64,000 nt of DNA from Candidatus Latescibacterota bacterium (GTDB taxonomy: Bacteria > Latescibacterota > UBA2968), in assembly GCA_965208125.1 (NCBI GenBank), contig OZ242320.1, positions 3,360,001-3,424,000 on the forward strand, written 5' to 3'. The position numbers and the translations under genes were made by a program. Shown piece after piece: positions 49,247 to 59,596 of this stretch. The notes beneath the pieces are model-generated. The model did no database searches and was not told where the DNA came from. It worked only from the letters and a program-made list of their open reading frames with translations. How positions within the stretch are numbered: position 1 is the stretch's first letter; every line of letters begins with the position of its first letter.

Positions 49247-51235
49247 TTAAAAATTATGGAAACCGTGTCCAGATCCAGGGAACCAGATGAGGTCTATGAC
49301 CATTCCGACGCCAATGCCGGTGCAATAGCCTATTACTGTGCCGTAGAAAAAGGGTTTTGCGCGTTCGTAGAGGCGTGGACCGCCAAAATGGACGATGAGG
49401 AGTTTGGCTGCCCAGACCATGAGTATGCTCAGGGCGTAATAGCGTGGTCCCGTTGTGTATTGAAATGCGAGACCAAGGGGATGCAGTGGCCAGCGGGGAA
49501 ACCAGGTGCGCAGGCCCGCCAATAATGCGGCTATTCCCGCCCCCAGAAGCCAGATGCCGAGTTTTTGGGGGTCGAAAGATGTTTTTTCGGTTTCGCCCAA
49601 TGCGCGTCCAATTCCGCCAAAAATACCCAGTGGACCTTCCCAGAGGGTCCAGGAACGCAGGAAGAGCGCGGAGTCGCGATAACAATAGTAGATGATGGTG
49701 GCGGCACAGACAAAGAAGCCCATGGTGAATGCGAGAAAGACGACGCCATTCGTCCAGTGTTTGCCGCGTTCTGCGGGCACGTCGTCCATGGCTTTGAAGT
49801 GGTGGGGCAATACCTGCATGGTTTGTATGCGTCCGCCGCCGTAGAATACGCCGCTGTTGACCAGGTGCATTGCGGTCATTTCGCGGGTCGATAGGGTGGC
49901 TGTGCCGAGAATTGCGTTGACAAAGCCCGATCCTTTGATCCATACGGGGAAGAGGTATCCAAATCCGCTGGCAGCAATGAATTTGGAGGTCGCAAAATAC
50001 GCGATGAACATCATTAGTAGATGGACAATTGCGAGAGATAGCGACATGCCCAGGGATATGAAAAAGCTACAGAGGTATAACACGGAAATGAACAGGCCGA
50101 TAACGGCGAAGCGATAGGAGATGGGGCCATCGCCACGGTCGCCTTTTAAGGCGGTTTTTGCGACATGTATCAGATGTCGTCGTGCGATCCATACAGACCA
50201 GACGACGAGTACTGTCATTGCGCCGTGGCTTTCGAGGTTAACGATTTCTCCGCCTTTGGCAACTTGTCCTTCTAACCCGACTGTGAAACCGGTGCGGTTG
50301 ATGATGCCCATTTTGACCACGGCGAAGAGGCCAAAGAACCAGAAGCTGAACAGAAGATCCAGGCTACACAAATACCCGAGGCCAATGACCAGGGGTAAGA
50401 CGCGCAAATAGACAGGCGGAAAGCTCTGCGCAACGGTCATGGATTTGGTGTTGATGCTGTCAAAGAGCGTGATGCGGGGTACGTTGGGAAACCAGAAGTT
50501 GATGATGTTCCAACCAATGATGCCCGCAGTCCAGGCAAAGCCAGCCCAGAAGACGGGGTCGCGGAAAATTTTGGGCAATGCACGGCCTTCGCCAAAGCCT
50601 TCCATGAGGTCCATGGGGAAGTTGACGAGTGGATAGGTCAAGCGCTCGGCATCGGCCCATTGGCGGTGAAAAATGGCGATGACAAAAAATCCAGCGGCCA
50701 TGAAGGCCAGTACGCCAGAGAACCACCATAAGACGGATGGTATCCAGCCTGTCCAGGGGACAAATTCGCCCGTGTGCAGGCCGAAGTAGAAGCGGTCCAT
50801 GATCCAGGGGGTGGGTTCGGGAAATGCCCAGCGGGGCAGTTCATCTAAGAACAATTCTGCCCAGCGATTTTCCGGTGACGCAAAAAAATGGGGTGCGGGC
50901 AACGCGCCGACAAAATATCCCATCCAGCCGACGCCGGGCATCATGCCCACAATCCACATGGTGGCAAAGATGACCATCATTTCGTGACGCGAGAGCACAG
51001 ATTGAGGCGCTATCCGGGCGATGATCATGTTGACCACGACCCATAGGAGAAATCCCAGGATGAGGGCGACGGGAAAACTGGATTTGACCATCGATCCCGC
51101 GTGGAGTACGATTTCGAGGACATTTTGAGAATAGGCCATCAGGCCAGCGGTGAGCAGGCCGAGGAGGATGGATCGTCCGGTGATACGCGGCGATTCGGTT
51201 GGTTGAATTTGGGGATCGGGTTGCGAAATAGCCAT
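49247..51235 (-). CDS. DUF6785/DUF6784-like polytopic membrane protein (putative transporter)
   Basis: Many TM helices; PENRW, QW...ERLTYP and WPLHPLG motifs. Confidence 0.75.
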   Translation of the reverse strand: MAISQPDPQIQPTESPRITGRSILLGLLTAGLMAYSQNVLEIVLHAGSMVKSSFPVALILGFLLWVVVNMIIARIAPQSVLSRHEMMVIFATMWIVGMMPGVGWMGYFVGALPAPHFFASPENRWAELFLDELPRWAFPEPTPWIMDRFYFGLHTGEFVPWTGWIPSVLWWFSGVLAFMAAGFFVIAIFHRQWADAERLTYPLVNFPMDLMEGFGEGRALPKIFRDPVFWAGFAWTAGIIGWNIINFWFPNVPRITLFDSINTKSMTVAQSFPPVYLRVLPLVIGLGYLCSLDLLFSFWFFGLFAVVKMGIINRTGFTVGLEGQVAKGGEIVNLESHGAMTVLVVWSVWIARRHLIHVAKTALKGDRGDGPISYRFAVIGLFISVLYLCSFFISLGMSLSLAIVHLLMMFIAYFATSKFIAASGFGYLFPVWIKGSGFVNAILGTATLSTREMTAMHLVNSGVFYGGGRIQTMQVLPHHFKAMDDVPAERGKHWTNGVVFLAFTMGFFVCAATIIYYCYRDSALFLRSWTLWEGPLGIFGGIGRALGETEKTSFDPQKLGIWLLGAGIAALLAGLRTWFPRWPLHPLGLAFQYTTGPRYYALSILMVWAAKLLIVHFGGPRLYERAKPFFYGTVIGYCTGIGVGMVIDLIWFPGSGHGFHNF

Positions 51236-51263
51236 TTTGTGCTCCGTATTTAGAATGCGCGTT

Positions 51264-51292
51264 AATATACGATGCCCGAATAGAGGTGTCAA
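51264..51292 (-). promoter_or_regulatory. Sigma70 promoter
   Basis: TTGACA-N17-TATATT. Confidence 0.6.
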
Positions 51293-51340
51293 ACGCATGG
51301 GGTAGTATTTGTCAATTTGTGCTATTGGGGTTATTATGAG

Positions 51341-51463
51341 GGAGTTGGGGGTTGGGGACTGGGGGCTGGTGAGTTGGGTTGTTGGGCGGGCTGGGTGCCG
51401 ACCGCTGACTGCTTGGGGGCTGGTTGGGTGGTCGTCTTACGTCTCACCTTTTACGTCTCACCT
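51341..51463. repeat. Degenerate heptamer tandem repeats
   Basis: ggagttg ggggttg gggactg ggggctg ... cgtctta cgtctca cctttta cgtctca. Confidence 0.55.
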
Positions 51464-51470
51464 GAATCTT

Positions 51471-51725
51471 ATGGCACGCAAAGATATTCGAACCATTTCG
51501 ATTTTTTGTGCGAAATGTAAAACACTGCTGTACAAATACCGCAAAGGTGGACGAGGCGGGTTGGTGAAGTGCATGGTGGAGCGGATTGCCGAAGACCATA
51601 CCCGGGGGGATATGAAGTGCCCAAAATGCAGACAGGTGTTTGCGAGGTTCAGGATGTATGGCGGGCAGGCCGCGCATAAGATTATACAGGGAAAGGTTTT
51701 TACGAGGGGTATGGCGAGGCGGTAG
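51471..51725 (+). CDS. Small zinc-ribbon protein
   Basis: CAKC...LYKYRKGG.GGLVKC...CPKC. Confidence 0.75.
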   Translation: MARKDIRTISIFCAKCKTLLYKYRKGGRGGLVKCMVERIAEDHTRGDMKCPKCRQVFARFRMYGGQAAHKIIQGKVFTRGMARR

Positions 51726-51752
51726 AATGAAAATATAAGGAGCGAAAACACG

Positions 51753-52949
51753 ATGGCTAAATTTGTCGCGAATTACGATGAAGACAAAGTGCCCGATTAC
51801 ACATTGCCCGATCCGTTGATTTTTGAAGATGGGACAAAGGTGGAAAACGCGGCTATGTGGGAAAGACGGAGGGCAGAGGTTTTGTCTTTGTTTGAGACAC
51901 AGGTGTATGGCAAGATGCCGGGGGCAGCGGCGGGCATGCATTTTGAGACGCGGTTTGTGAATGGGGATGCTTTGGAGGGGATTTGCAAGGAAGTTCGGGT
52001 TTTCTTTGTAAAGGATGCAGAAGAGCCGCGAATGGATACTTTAATTTTTTTGCCAAAAGATGCTGATGGACCCGTGCCTTTGTTTGTGGGATTGAATTTT
52101 GGAGGGAACCATACCGTTCATCCCGTTCCCGCGATTACATTGTCCGAGCAGTGGATGCGTTCGAAGACGGAGGGGGTTTTGGATCATCGGGCGACGGAAG
52201 CAGCGCGCGGTAAGGCTGCAAGCAGGTGGCCTGTGGGGAGGATTTTGGCAAGGGGGTACGGTCTGGCTACGATTTATTGCGGCGATCTGGATCCGGATTA
52301 TGACGATGGGTTTCAAAATGGTGTGCATCCGCTTTTTGATAGGCAAGACACCGGGGATGACTGGGGGGCTATTGGTGCGTGGGCATGGGGATTGAGCAGG
52401 GCGATGGATTATTTTGAAAGCGATGAGGCGATTGATCACGCACGGGTTGCTGTGATGGGGCATTCGCGATTGGGTAAGACAGCGTTGTGGGCCGGTGCGC
52501 AAGACGAGCGGTTTGGTCTTGTGATTTCAAATAATTCGGGTTGTGGAGGCGCAGCGCTTTCCCGCCGTCGATATGGCGAAACTGTGGGGCGGATTAATAC
52601 CAGTTTTCCCCACTGGTTTTGCGATAATTTTAAGCGGTATAATGAGCGCGAAGACGATTTGCCCGTTGATCAGCATTTGCTCATTGCTCTGATGGCGCCT
52701 CGCCCGGTTTATGTTGCCAGTGCAGAAGAAGACCGCTGGGCGGATCCCAAGGGGGAGTTTTTGGGCGCGAGACACGCCGATGCGGTTTATCGTTTGTTGG
52801 GAACAGATGGTCTGGATGTTGAAGATATGCCGCGTGTTCACGAGCCGATTATGAGTCGCATTGGGTATCATATTCGCGCAGGTGGGCACGCAGTGACGGA
52901 TTACGATTGGGATCGGTATATGGATTTTGCCGATAAACACTGGCAGTGA
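51753..52949 (+). CDS. CE15 glucuronoyl esterase-like protein
   Basis: AWAWG, GHSRLGK, SGCGG and DQH motifs. Confidence 0.85.
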   Translation: MAKFVANYDEDKVPDYTLPDPLIFEDGTKVENAAMWERRRAEVLSLFETQVYGKMPGAAAGMHFETRFVNGDALEGICKEVRVFFVKDAEEPRMDTLIFLPKDADGPVPLFVGLNFGGNHTVHPVPAITLSEQWMRSKTEGVLDHRATEAARGKAASRWPVGRILARGYGLATIYCGDLDPDYDDGFQNGVHPLFDRQDTGDDWGAIGAWAWGLSRAMDYFESDEAIDHARVAVMGHSRLGKTALWAGAQDERFGLVISNNSGCGGAALSRRRYGETVGRINTSFPHWFCDNFKRYNEREDDLPVDQHLLIALMAPRPVYVASAEEDRWADPKGEFLGARHADAVYRLLGTDGLDVEDMPRVHEPIMSRIGYHIRAGGHAVTDYDWDRYMDFADKHWQ

Positions 52950-52983
52950 AGTTCGACGCGTGGTTGAACAGAAAGGTATAGTT

Positions 52984-54036
52984 ATGGCAACTCAAGTAGA
53001 ACGATCTTACGCGCTTAAGGTGGTGCAGGGATTTTATTCGACGTATTCGGGTATTCAGATTGCGGCGCAGACGTCGGATAATGCGAGCGATGAAGATTTG
53101 CAGTTTATGCAGCAACTCGGCGTGGAATGGATGATGGTGGGCGTTGACGACCAGGAGAATCAGAATGCCGATTATTACAAGGCTCTGAAAGACAGGTTTG
53201 CAAAATACGGTTTGCAGATTTATCGCATTGCCAATCGCAGTGTACACAATATGCCCGAAGTGACCCTGAATTTGCCGGGGCGAGATGAGAAGGTCGAGGA
53301 ATTTATTACTTTTATTCGCAATCTGGGCGAGGCGGGTATTCCATACAATACGTATGCACACATGGGTAATGGGATTTGGAGTTCGGGGCGCACAACTCGG
53401 CGTGGGGGCATGGATGCGAGGACGCTCGATATCGAGAATGCCACAGGGCATTGGGACGGTCAAATTTATGAGGGCAAATTGACACATGGACGGGTATATA
53501 GTGAGGATGAGCTTTGGGAGAATTACGAATATATGATTCGCAAGGTCGCGCCTGTTGCCGAAGAATCGGGTGTTTATATCGGTATTCATCCCGATGATCC
53601 CCCCGTGTATTCTCTGGGTGGGATTCCGCGCTGTATGTTTGGCAATTTTAAGGGGTACAAGCAGGCGATGGATATTGCGGATAGTCCAAATATCGGGGTT
53701 TGTTTGTGCGTGGGGTGCTGGCTCGAAGGGGGTAAAGAAGGCATGGGCGTGGATGTGATTGAGGCTATTCACTATTTTGCCAGCCGCAAGAAGTTGTTTA
53801 AGGTGCATTTTCGCAATGTTTCAAACCCGATGCCAGAGCCGTGGGCAGAGACTTTGATGGACGATGGGTACCAGGATATGCATGCGGTGATGAAAGCACT
53901 GCGGGAGGTGGAATTTGACGGGGCGATTATTCCCGATCATATCCCGCAGATTCTGGGAGGTAATCGCGCGGGGGTGGCGTATTCGATTGCCTATATGCGC
54001 GCGCTGGTTCAGGCGGTGAACAACGAAGCGGGTTGA
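52984..54036 (+). CDS. uxuA: Mannonate dehydratase family protein
   Basis: HPDDPP, HFRNV and PDH motifs. Confidence 0.75.
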   Translation: MATQVERSYALKVVQGFYSTYSGIQIAAQTSDNASDEDLQFMQQLGVEWMMVGVDDQENQNADYYKALKDRFAKYGLQIYRIANRSVHNMPEVTLNLPGRDEKVEEFITFIRNLGEAGIPYNTYAHMGNGIWSSGRTTRRGGMDARTLDIENATGHWDGQIYEGKLTHGRVYSEDELWENYEYMIRKVAPVAEESGVYIGIHPDDPPVYSLGGIPRCMFGNFKGYKQAMDIADSPNIGVCLCVGCWLEGGKEGMGVDVIEAIHYFASRKKLFKVHFRNVSNPMPEPWAETLMDDGYQDMHAVMKALREVEFDGAIIPDHIPQILGGNRAGVAYSIAYMRALVQAVNNEAG

Positions 54037-54047
54037 GGCGATAGGTA

Positions 54048-55508
54048 TTACGGTCCTTGTTTTCCTGTCGCGATGATTGTACCGGCGGGCAATAAGGTAT
54101 CAAGTCGGTTTGGCAGATCGTCGCCTATGCTGTGCAGCCATGTCATGAGTTGGTCGTGCAGGTCGTTTTCTGCGGTTGATATGTGGGGTTGCCCACTCAG
54201 GTTTTTCATTTCGTGTGGATCGGTTTGAAGGTCGTAAAATTCGTCGATGTCTTGCGGATTCCACACGTATTTGTAACGCTCGTTGCGAATGGCGCGCACT
54301 TCAAAGCTGTAACCGTTGTAGCGATAGTAGGTGCCATGTGCGATTTGAGGCCAGTCTGGGGGACGGCTTTGCGTACCGACAAGAGGGAGAAGGTTGCGCC
54401 CCTGGCGCGGTTGGTCAGGGGATGGTTTGGCACGGATGAGAGAGAAGAGGGTTTCGCCGATGTCGAGCAATGAGACATAAGCATCCTGGGTTGCAGGCGG
54501 TGTGTTGGGCGCGCGAATGATGAGCGGGATGCGCCAGACTTCTTCGTAAAAATAAGCCCCTTTGTCAAACCGGTTGTGCGCGCCTTCCATGTCGCCGTGG
54601 TCAGATGTGAAGACAACGGTTGTTGTATCGGCGAGTTTGAGCCGATCTATGGCGTCGAGTATGCGCCCGATGGCTTCATCGACCATTGTGATGTGTGCAT
54701 GGGAATAGGCGATAACGGTTTTCCATTCTTCTTCGTCGAGGGGGGATGTGTCCATGCAACCCCACCAGGGTGTCGAATGGAACCAGGGGCGTCCTTCGCA
54801 GTTGTCGCTCAGGTTTGCAGGCAGTTCGACGTGAGTGCGGAGTTCTTCGGCGAGTTTGACGTATTCTTTGGGCAGGTGATGCGGAAAGTGTGGTGGTGCA
54901 GAAGATACGGTGAGAAAGAAGGGTTTGTTGTGATGGCTCCGCGCCCATGTTTCGAGAAATTTTACGCCTTTGTTCACTATGGGAAAGGGTTGGATATTTT
55001 TTTTGGGTTGCGGTGAGTCTCCCCAAAATGGCGCGCGTCCTTTGATGAGGTTTTTGGTTTGGTTGGCGTAGTTGGCAACTGTTTTTGCGTAGGTGTGATC
55101 ATTTGTTTGTAGGTGGTATGGCTTTGAGTGTATTTCGATATTGGGATCAAAGCCGTGTGCGCCGCGTTTTTCCGGGTTGATATGCCCGAGGTGCCACTTG
55201 CCGTAGTAACCGACGTGATAGTCGAGGCGTACGGCTTCGTCGATCCAGGTTTTTTGATGGAGTGGCATGGATTCCTGGAGGGAATAGCCGACGGATTGGT
55301 TGTCGTAAACGCCATTTTGGTGCGGCCAGCGAGCCGTGAGTAGTGTGCCCCGGGCGGGTGTGCAGAGGGGACAAGATGTGAAAGCATTTGTGAATACCGT
55401 GCCTTCGGATGATAGGCGATCAATATTCGGCGTGGGTATGTCGGCACCGAGAAAGCCAAATGCCCATGCAGGCCATTGGTCGGTGAGGATGAATACTGTG
55501 TTTTGCAT
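54048..55508 (-). CDS. Sulfatase (Cys type)
   Basis: CTPARGTLLT, GKWHL, PHFP and SDHG motifs. Confidence 0.92.
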   Translation of the reverse strand: MQNTVFILTDQWPAWAFGFLGADIPTPNIDRLSSEGTVFTNAFTSCPLCTPARGTLLTARWPHQNGVYDNQSVGYSLQESMPLHQKTWIDEAVRLDYHVGYYGKWHLGHINPEKRGAHGFDPNIEIHSKPYHLQTNDHTYAKTVANYANQTKNLIKGRAPFWGDSPQPKKNIQPFPIVNKGVKFLETWARSHHNKPFFLTVSSAPPHFPHHLPKEYVKLAEELRTHVELPANLSDNCEGRPWFHSTPWWGCMDTSPLDEEEWKTVIAYSHAHITMVDEAIGRILDAIDRLKLADTTTVVFTSDHGDMEGAHNRFDKGAYFYEEVWRIPLIIRAPNTPPATQDAYVSLLDIGETLFSLIRAKPSPDQPRQGRNLLPLVGTQSRPPDWPQIAHGTYYRYNGYSFEVRAIRNERYKYVWNPQDIDEFYDLQTDPHEMKNLSGQPHISTAENDLHDQLMTWLHSIGDDLPNRLDTLLPAGTIIATGKQGP

Positions 55509-55520
55509 GATCAGAAGCCT

Positions 55521-55550
55521 TTCTTCTGCGTTTATCTGCGTTCATCTGCG
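55521..55550. repeat. Decamer tandem repeat
   Basis: ttcttctgcg tttatctgcg ttcatctgcg. Confidence 0.6.
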
Positions 55551-55609
55551 GATAGTTCTTTTCGATAATAAACCGATCTTTGCGGTATTTCGCAATCTCA
55601 GATTTGCCC

Positions 55610-55638
55610 TTGATAGATGCACATATAGTCACTATATT
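55610..55638 (+). promoter_or_regulatory. Putative sigma70 promoter of parE with overlapping palindrome
   Basis: TTGATA-N17-TATATT; ATATAGT-C-ACTATAT at 55623-55637. Confidence 0.5.
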
Positions 55639-55732
55639 ATATCACCTTTTATTCTCCTCCCCTGAGCTGTTTTTCCTTCCCCGCATGTCTTTTCTGTTAT
55701 CTTCACCTTCCAAACAAGGGTAGGAATATATT

Positions 55733-57613
55733 ATGGCAACGGCAATAAAATCGCGCACTTCCAATGCTACACAACTCGATTTGCTCTCGCAACCGAGGAC
55801 CAATGGGAAAACCAATGGCAAGAAAAATGGTGCCCATAATTACGACGAGAGTAAGATCAAAACCCTTTCATCGCTCGAGCATATTCGGTTGCGCACGGGT
55901 ATGTACATTGGGCGGCTCGGCTCGGGTACCGATCCCGACGACGGTATATACGTTTTGCTCAAGGAGGTTGTGGATAATGCCGTCGATGAATTTATTTCGG
56001 GTTTTGGCACAAAAATCGATGTGACTATTGACGCCAATCACGTCAGTGTGCGCGACTATGGGCGCGGCGTTCCGCTGGGCAAAATTGTCGAATGCGTTTC
56101 TGTGATCAATACCGGTGCCAAATACAACGACGATGTTTTCCAATTTAGCGTGGGCCTCAATGGCGTGGGTAGCAAAGCGGTCAACGCGCTTTCTACTGAT
56201 TTTCGCGTGGTGGCCTATCGCGATGGCAGGTACGCCGAAGCCCGCTTTACGCGCGGGAAACTCATTGGCGAAAAAAAGGGGAGGACTCGGGAACCAGATG
56301 GCTCCCTTTTTGAGTTCACGCCCGATCCTGAGATTTTTGAGGAATACGATTACAATTTCGAATACGTTGAGCGCCGCATGTGGAACTACGCCTGCCTCAA
56401 TAGCGGTCTCACGCTCGTTTTTAACAAACAGAAATTCGTCTCCAGGCGCGGCTTGCTCGATTTTCTCAGCCGCGAGGTCGATGATTCGGCGCTTTATGAA
56501 CCCGCGTATTACAAGGGGCAATATCTCGAATTTGCATTTACCCATACGTCCAATTATGGGGAAAATTATTTTTCTTTTGTCAATGGGCAATACACTATTG
56601 ACGGTGGTACGCATCAAAGTGCTTTTCGGGAGGGTATTTTAAAAGGCGTCAATGAGTTTTACAAGAAGAATTACAGTGGCGTGGATGTGCGGGAATCTAT
56701 CAATGGCGCTGTTGCAGTCAAGCTCAAAGAACCCGTTTTTGAGTCGCAAACAAAAAACAAACTCGGCAATACCGAAGTGCGCTCGTGGATTGTTTCTGAA
56801 ACGCGCAGTGCAGTGGTCGATTTTTTGCACAAGAATACCACGGCGGCACAAAAGCTTCAGGAAAAGATCAACCACAATGAGCGCCTGCGGAGAGAACTCA
56901 ACGATGTTAAGAAAAAGGCAAAGGAAGTCGCCCGCAAAGTCTCCATCAAAATCCCGCATTTCAAGGATTGCAAATATCATAAAGGCGATAAAAAACGCGG
57001 CAATGAATCTACTATTTTTATTACCGAAGGTCCATCTGCTGCCGGGTCTATGGTTGCCGCGCGGGATGTGGAGACTCAGGCTATTTTTGGTCTGAAGGGC
57101 GTGCCTCTCAATGTATTTGGAAAAACAAAAGCCGCAATTTACAAGAATGAAGAACTCTACAATCTCATGACGGCTTTGGGTATTGAAGACAGCGTTGAGA
57201 ATCTCCGTTTTAACAATGTGGTTATTGCCACTGATGCCGATTACGATGGTTTCCATATCCGCAACCTGCTGATGACTTTTTTCCTCAATTACTTCGAAGA
57301 ACTCGTTACTTCTGGTCATGTCTATATTCTGGAGACGCCAATTTTTCGCGTGCGGAATAGCCGTGAGACGCGCTATTGTTATAGCGAAAAAGAACGCAAT
57401 CAGGCCGTTGCAGATTTGCGAAATCCCGAGGTTACGCGCTTCAAGGGGTTGGGGGAGATCTCTCCCGGTGAATTTGGACAATTCATCGGAGAGGACATGC
57501 GTCTGATCAAAGTCGGCGTGCGCGCGCTCGCCGAGGTTCCGACTACCCTCGAATTTTACATGGGAAAGAATACACCTGACCGCAGAGATTATATTGTGGA
57601 GCATTTGATTTAG
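55733..57613 (+). CDS. parE: DNA topoisomerase IV subunit B
   Basis: EVVDNAVDE, GLNGVG, TEG.SA, TDADYDG and RFKGLGE motifs. Confidence 0.9.
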   Translation: MATAIKSRTSNATQLDLLSQPRTNGKTNGKKNGAHNYDESKIKTLSSLEHIRLRTGMYIGRLGSGTDPDDGIYVLLKEVVDNAVDEFISGFGTKIDVTIDANHVSVRDYGRGVPLGKIVECVSVINTGAKYNDDVFQFSVGLNGVGSKAVNALSTDFRVVAYRDGRYAEARFTRGKLIGEKKGRTREPDGSLFEFTPDPEIFEEYDYNFEYVERRMWNYACLNSGLTLVFNKQKFVSRRGLLDFLSREVDDSALYEPAYYKGQYLEFAFTHTSNYGENYFSFVNGQYTIDGGTHQSAFREGILKGVNEFYKKNYSGVDVRESINGAVAVKLKEPVFESQTKNKLGNTEVRSWIVSETRSAVVDFLHKNTTAAQKLQEKINHNERLRRELNDVKKKAKEVARKVSIKIPHFKDCKYHKGDKKRGNESTIFITEGPSAAGSMVAARDVETQAIFGLKGVPLNVFGKTKAAIYKNEELYNLMTALGIEDSVENLRFNNVVIATDADYDGFHIRNLLMTFFLNYFEELVTSGHVYILETPIFRVRNSRETRYCYSEKERNQAVADLRNPEVTRFKGLGEISPGEFGQFIGEDMRLIKVGVRALAEVPTTLEFYMGKNTPDRRDYIVEHLI

Positions 57614-57623
57614 AGGATTAAAA

Positions 57624-59525
57624 ATGGCTTATATCGACAAGTTATTTGACCAGTATTTTTTAGAACACGCTTCTTATGTCGTGAAGGACCGGGCGATTCC
57701 GGACATTGACGATGGTCTCAAGCCCGTACAGCGCCGCATTTTACACGCGCTCAAAGAGCAGGACGATGGAAAATTTCACAAGGTAGCCAATGTCGTGGGA
57801 CAGACGATGAAATACCACCCCCACGGCGATCAGTCGATTTACGGCGCGCTGGTTCATCTGGCGAACAAAGATATGTTTATCGACAAACAGGGCAATTTCG
57901 GCAATATTTATACCGGCGACGAAGCCTCGGCTGCGCGTTATATCGAATGCCGATTGACCCCGCTCGCCAAAGATGTGTTGTTCAATCCGGAAATTACCGA
58001 ATACATCGAATCCTACGATGGTCGCAATAGCGAACCCGTTGTTTTTCCGGCGAAAATTCCCGTGCTCCTCGCGCAGGGTACCGAGGGTATTGCGCCGGGC
58101 ATGACCACGCGGGTATTGTCCCACAATTTGATCGAATTGTTGCAGGCACAAATTGCCTATCTCCAGGGGGAGGATTTTCAGGTCTTTCCCGATTTTGCGA
58201 CGGGTGGTTTTGTCGATGTGACCGAGTACGCCGATGGCAATGGCAAAGTGCTCGTGCGTGCCAAACTCGATACCAAAAATTCCAAACGGATTGTCGTGCG
58301 CGAATTGCCTTTTGGATCTACGTCTGACTCTCTCATCGCTTCGATTGAAGGTGCAGCCCGAAAAAACAAGCTCAAAATCGCGGGTATTAGCGATTATACG
58401 GGTGAAGAAGTCGAGATTGAAATTCGCCTTGCCCGAGGTGTGCATACCAAAGATACGGTGGATGCGCTTTACGCTTTTACCGACTGCGAGCAATCTATCA
58501 GTGTCAGTGCTCTCGTTATCAAGGATAATCGTCCCCATATCGCCACGGTGAGCGATATTCTCAAACACAATGCCGACCGATTGGTCGATATTCTCACGGC
58601 AGAGCTTAAAATTGAGCAGAGCCAGGTGCGGGACAGGTTGCACGCCAGAACCCTCGAACAGGTTTTTATTGAGAATCGCATTTACAAGGCAATTGAGGAA
58701 GTCGCCGATTCCAATGCGATGCACGAGGCGATACGCACGGGGCTTGAGCCTTTTTTCAGTTCAATTAGACGCCAAGTTACGGCAGAAGATCTCGATACGC
58801 TTTTACAAATTCCCATTCGGCGCATTTCGCTTTACGACATCACGAAAGCGAAAAAGGAAATGCGTGGGATGCGTGCGCGGCTCAGAGAGATCAAGACCAA
58901 TCTTGAGAATATCACGGGCTTTACTATTGATTTTCTGGAATATCTGATTGATCAATACAAGGACAAGTACCCCCGTCGCACCGAGGTCACTTCTTTTGAT
59001 CAGGTAGATGCACGCGAAGTGGCACAGCGCAATCTCAAGTTGCGCTATGATAAGAAGACGGGCTATCTCGGTTATGATGTCAATGGCAGCACGCTTATGG
59101 ATGTGTCGCAATACGACCGCGTGCTCGTGATTCGAAAAAATGGCACTTATTCTCTGCACGAAGCCCCCGACCGTCTCTTTGTGGATAAAGGTATGCTATT
59201 TTGCGATTTTGTCGATTCCGAACGGGTGTACACGGTTATTTACCGGGATAAGAAGACCAATTATCCCTGTATCAAACGCTGTAAGCTGGACACATTTATT
59301 CTGAATAGAGGATATGAACTCGTGCCACCGGGATGCCGATTGCTCAAGCTCACAACCGATCGCGATGTCGAGGTTCACGTATCGTATAAACCCAAACCCC
59401 GCCTGCGTATCCTCAATGAAGAATTTGCGATCGAAGACTATGCGGTTCGCGGCAAGACCGCCAAAGGCATGCGCCTATCAGCGCGCGAGGTCAAAAGCGC
59501 CAAATTTGTAAAGCCTAAAGTTTAA
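57624..59525 (+). CDS. parC: DNA topoisomerase IV subunit A
   Basis: DGLKPVQRR, YHPHGD and AARY; short C-terminal domain. Confidence 0.9.
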   Translation: MAYIDKLFDQYFLEHASYVVKDRAIPDIDDGLKPVQRRILHALKEQDDGKFHKVANVVGQTMKYHPHGDQSIYGALVHLANKDMFIDKQGNFGNIYTGDEASAARYIECRLTPLAKDVLFNPEITEYIESYDGRNSEPVVFPAKIPVLLAQGTEGIAPGMTTRVLSHNLIELLQAQIAYLQGEDFQVFPDFATGGFVDVTEYADGNGKVLVRAKLDTKNSKRIVVRELPFGSTSDSLIASIEGAARKNKLKIAGISDYTGEEVEIEIRLARGVHTKDTVDALYAFTDCEQSISVSALVIKDNRPHIATVSDILKHNADRLVDILTAELKIEQSQVRDRLHARTLEQVFIENRIYKAIEEVADSNAMHEAIRTGLEPFFSSIRRQVTAEDLDTLLQIPIRRISLYDITKAKKEMRGMRARLREIKTNLENITGFTIDFLEYLIDQYKDKYPRRTEVTSFDQVDAREVAQRNLKLRYDKKTGYLGYDVNGSTLMDVSQYDRVLVIRKNGTYSLHEAPDRLFVDKGMLFCDFVDSERVYTVIYRDKKTNYPCIKRCKLDTFILNRGYELVPPGCRLLKLTTDRDVEVHVSYKPKPRLRILNEEFAIEDYAVRGKTAKGMRLSAREVKSAKFVKPKV

Positions 59526-59596
59526 AATAAAAAAACGACCCCAGAAGAGTCGTAAAGAAAAAAGATGTCTATGGCATTGTAAGACGGAGAAATTTC

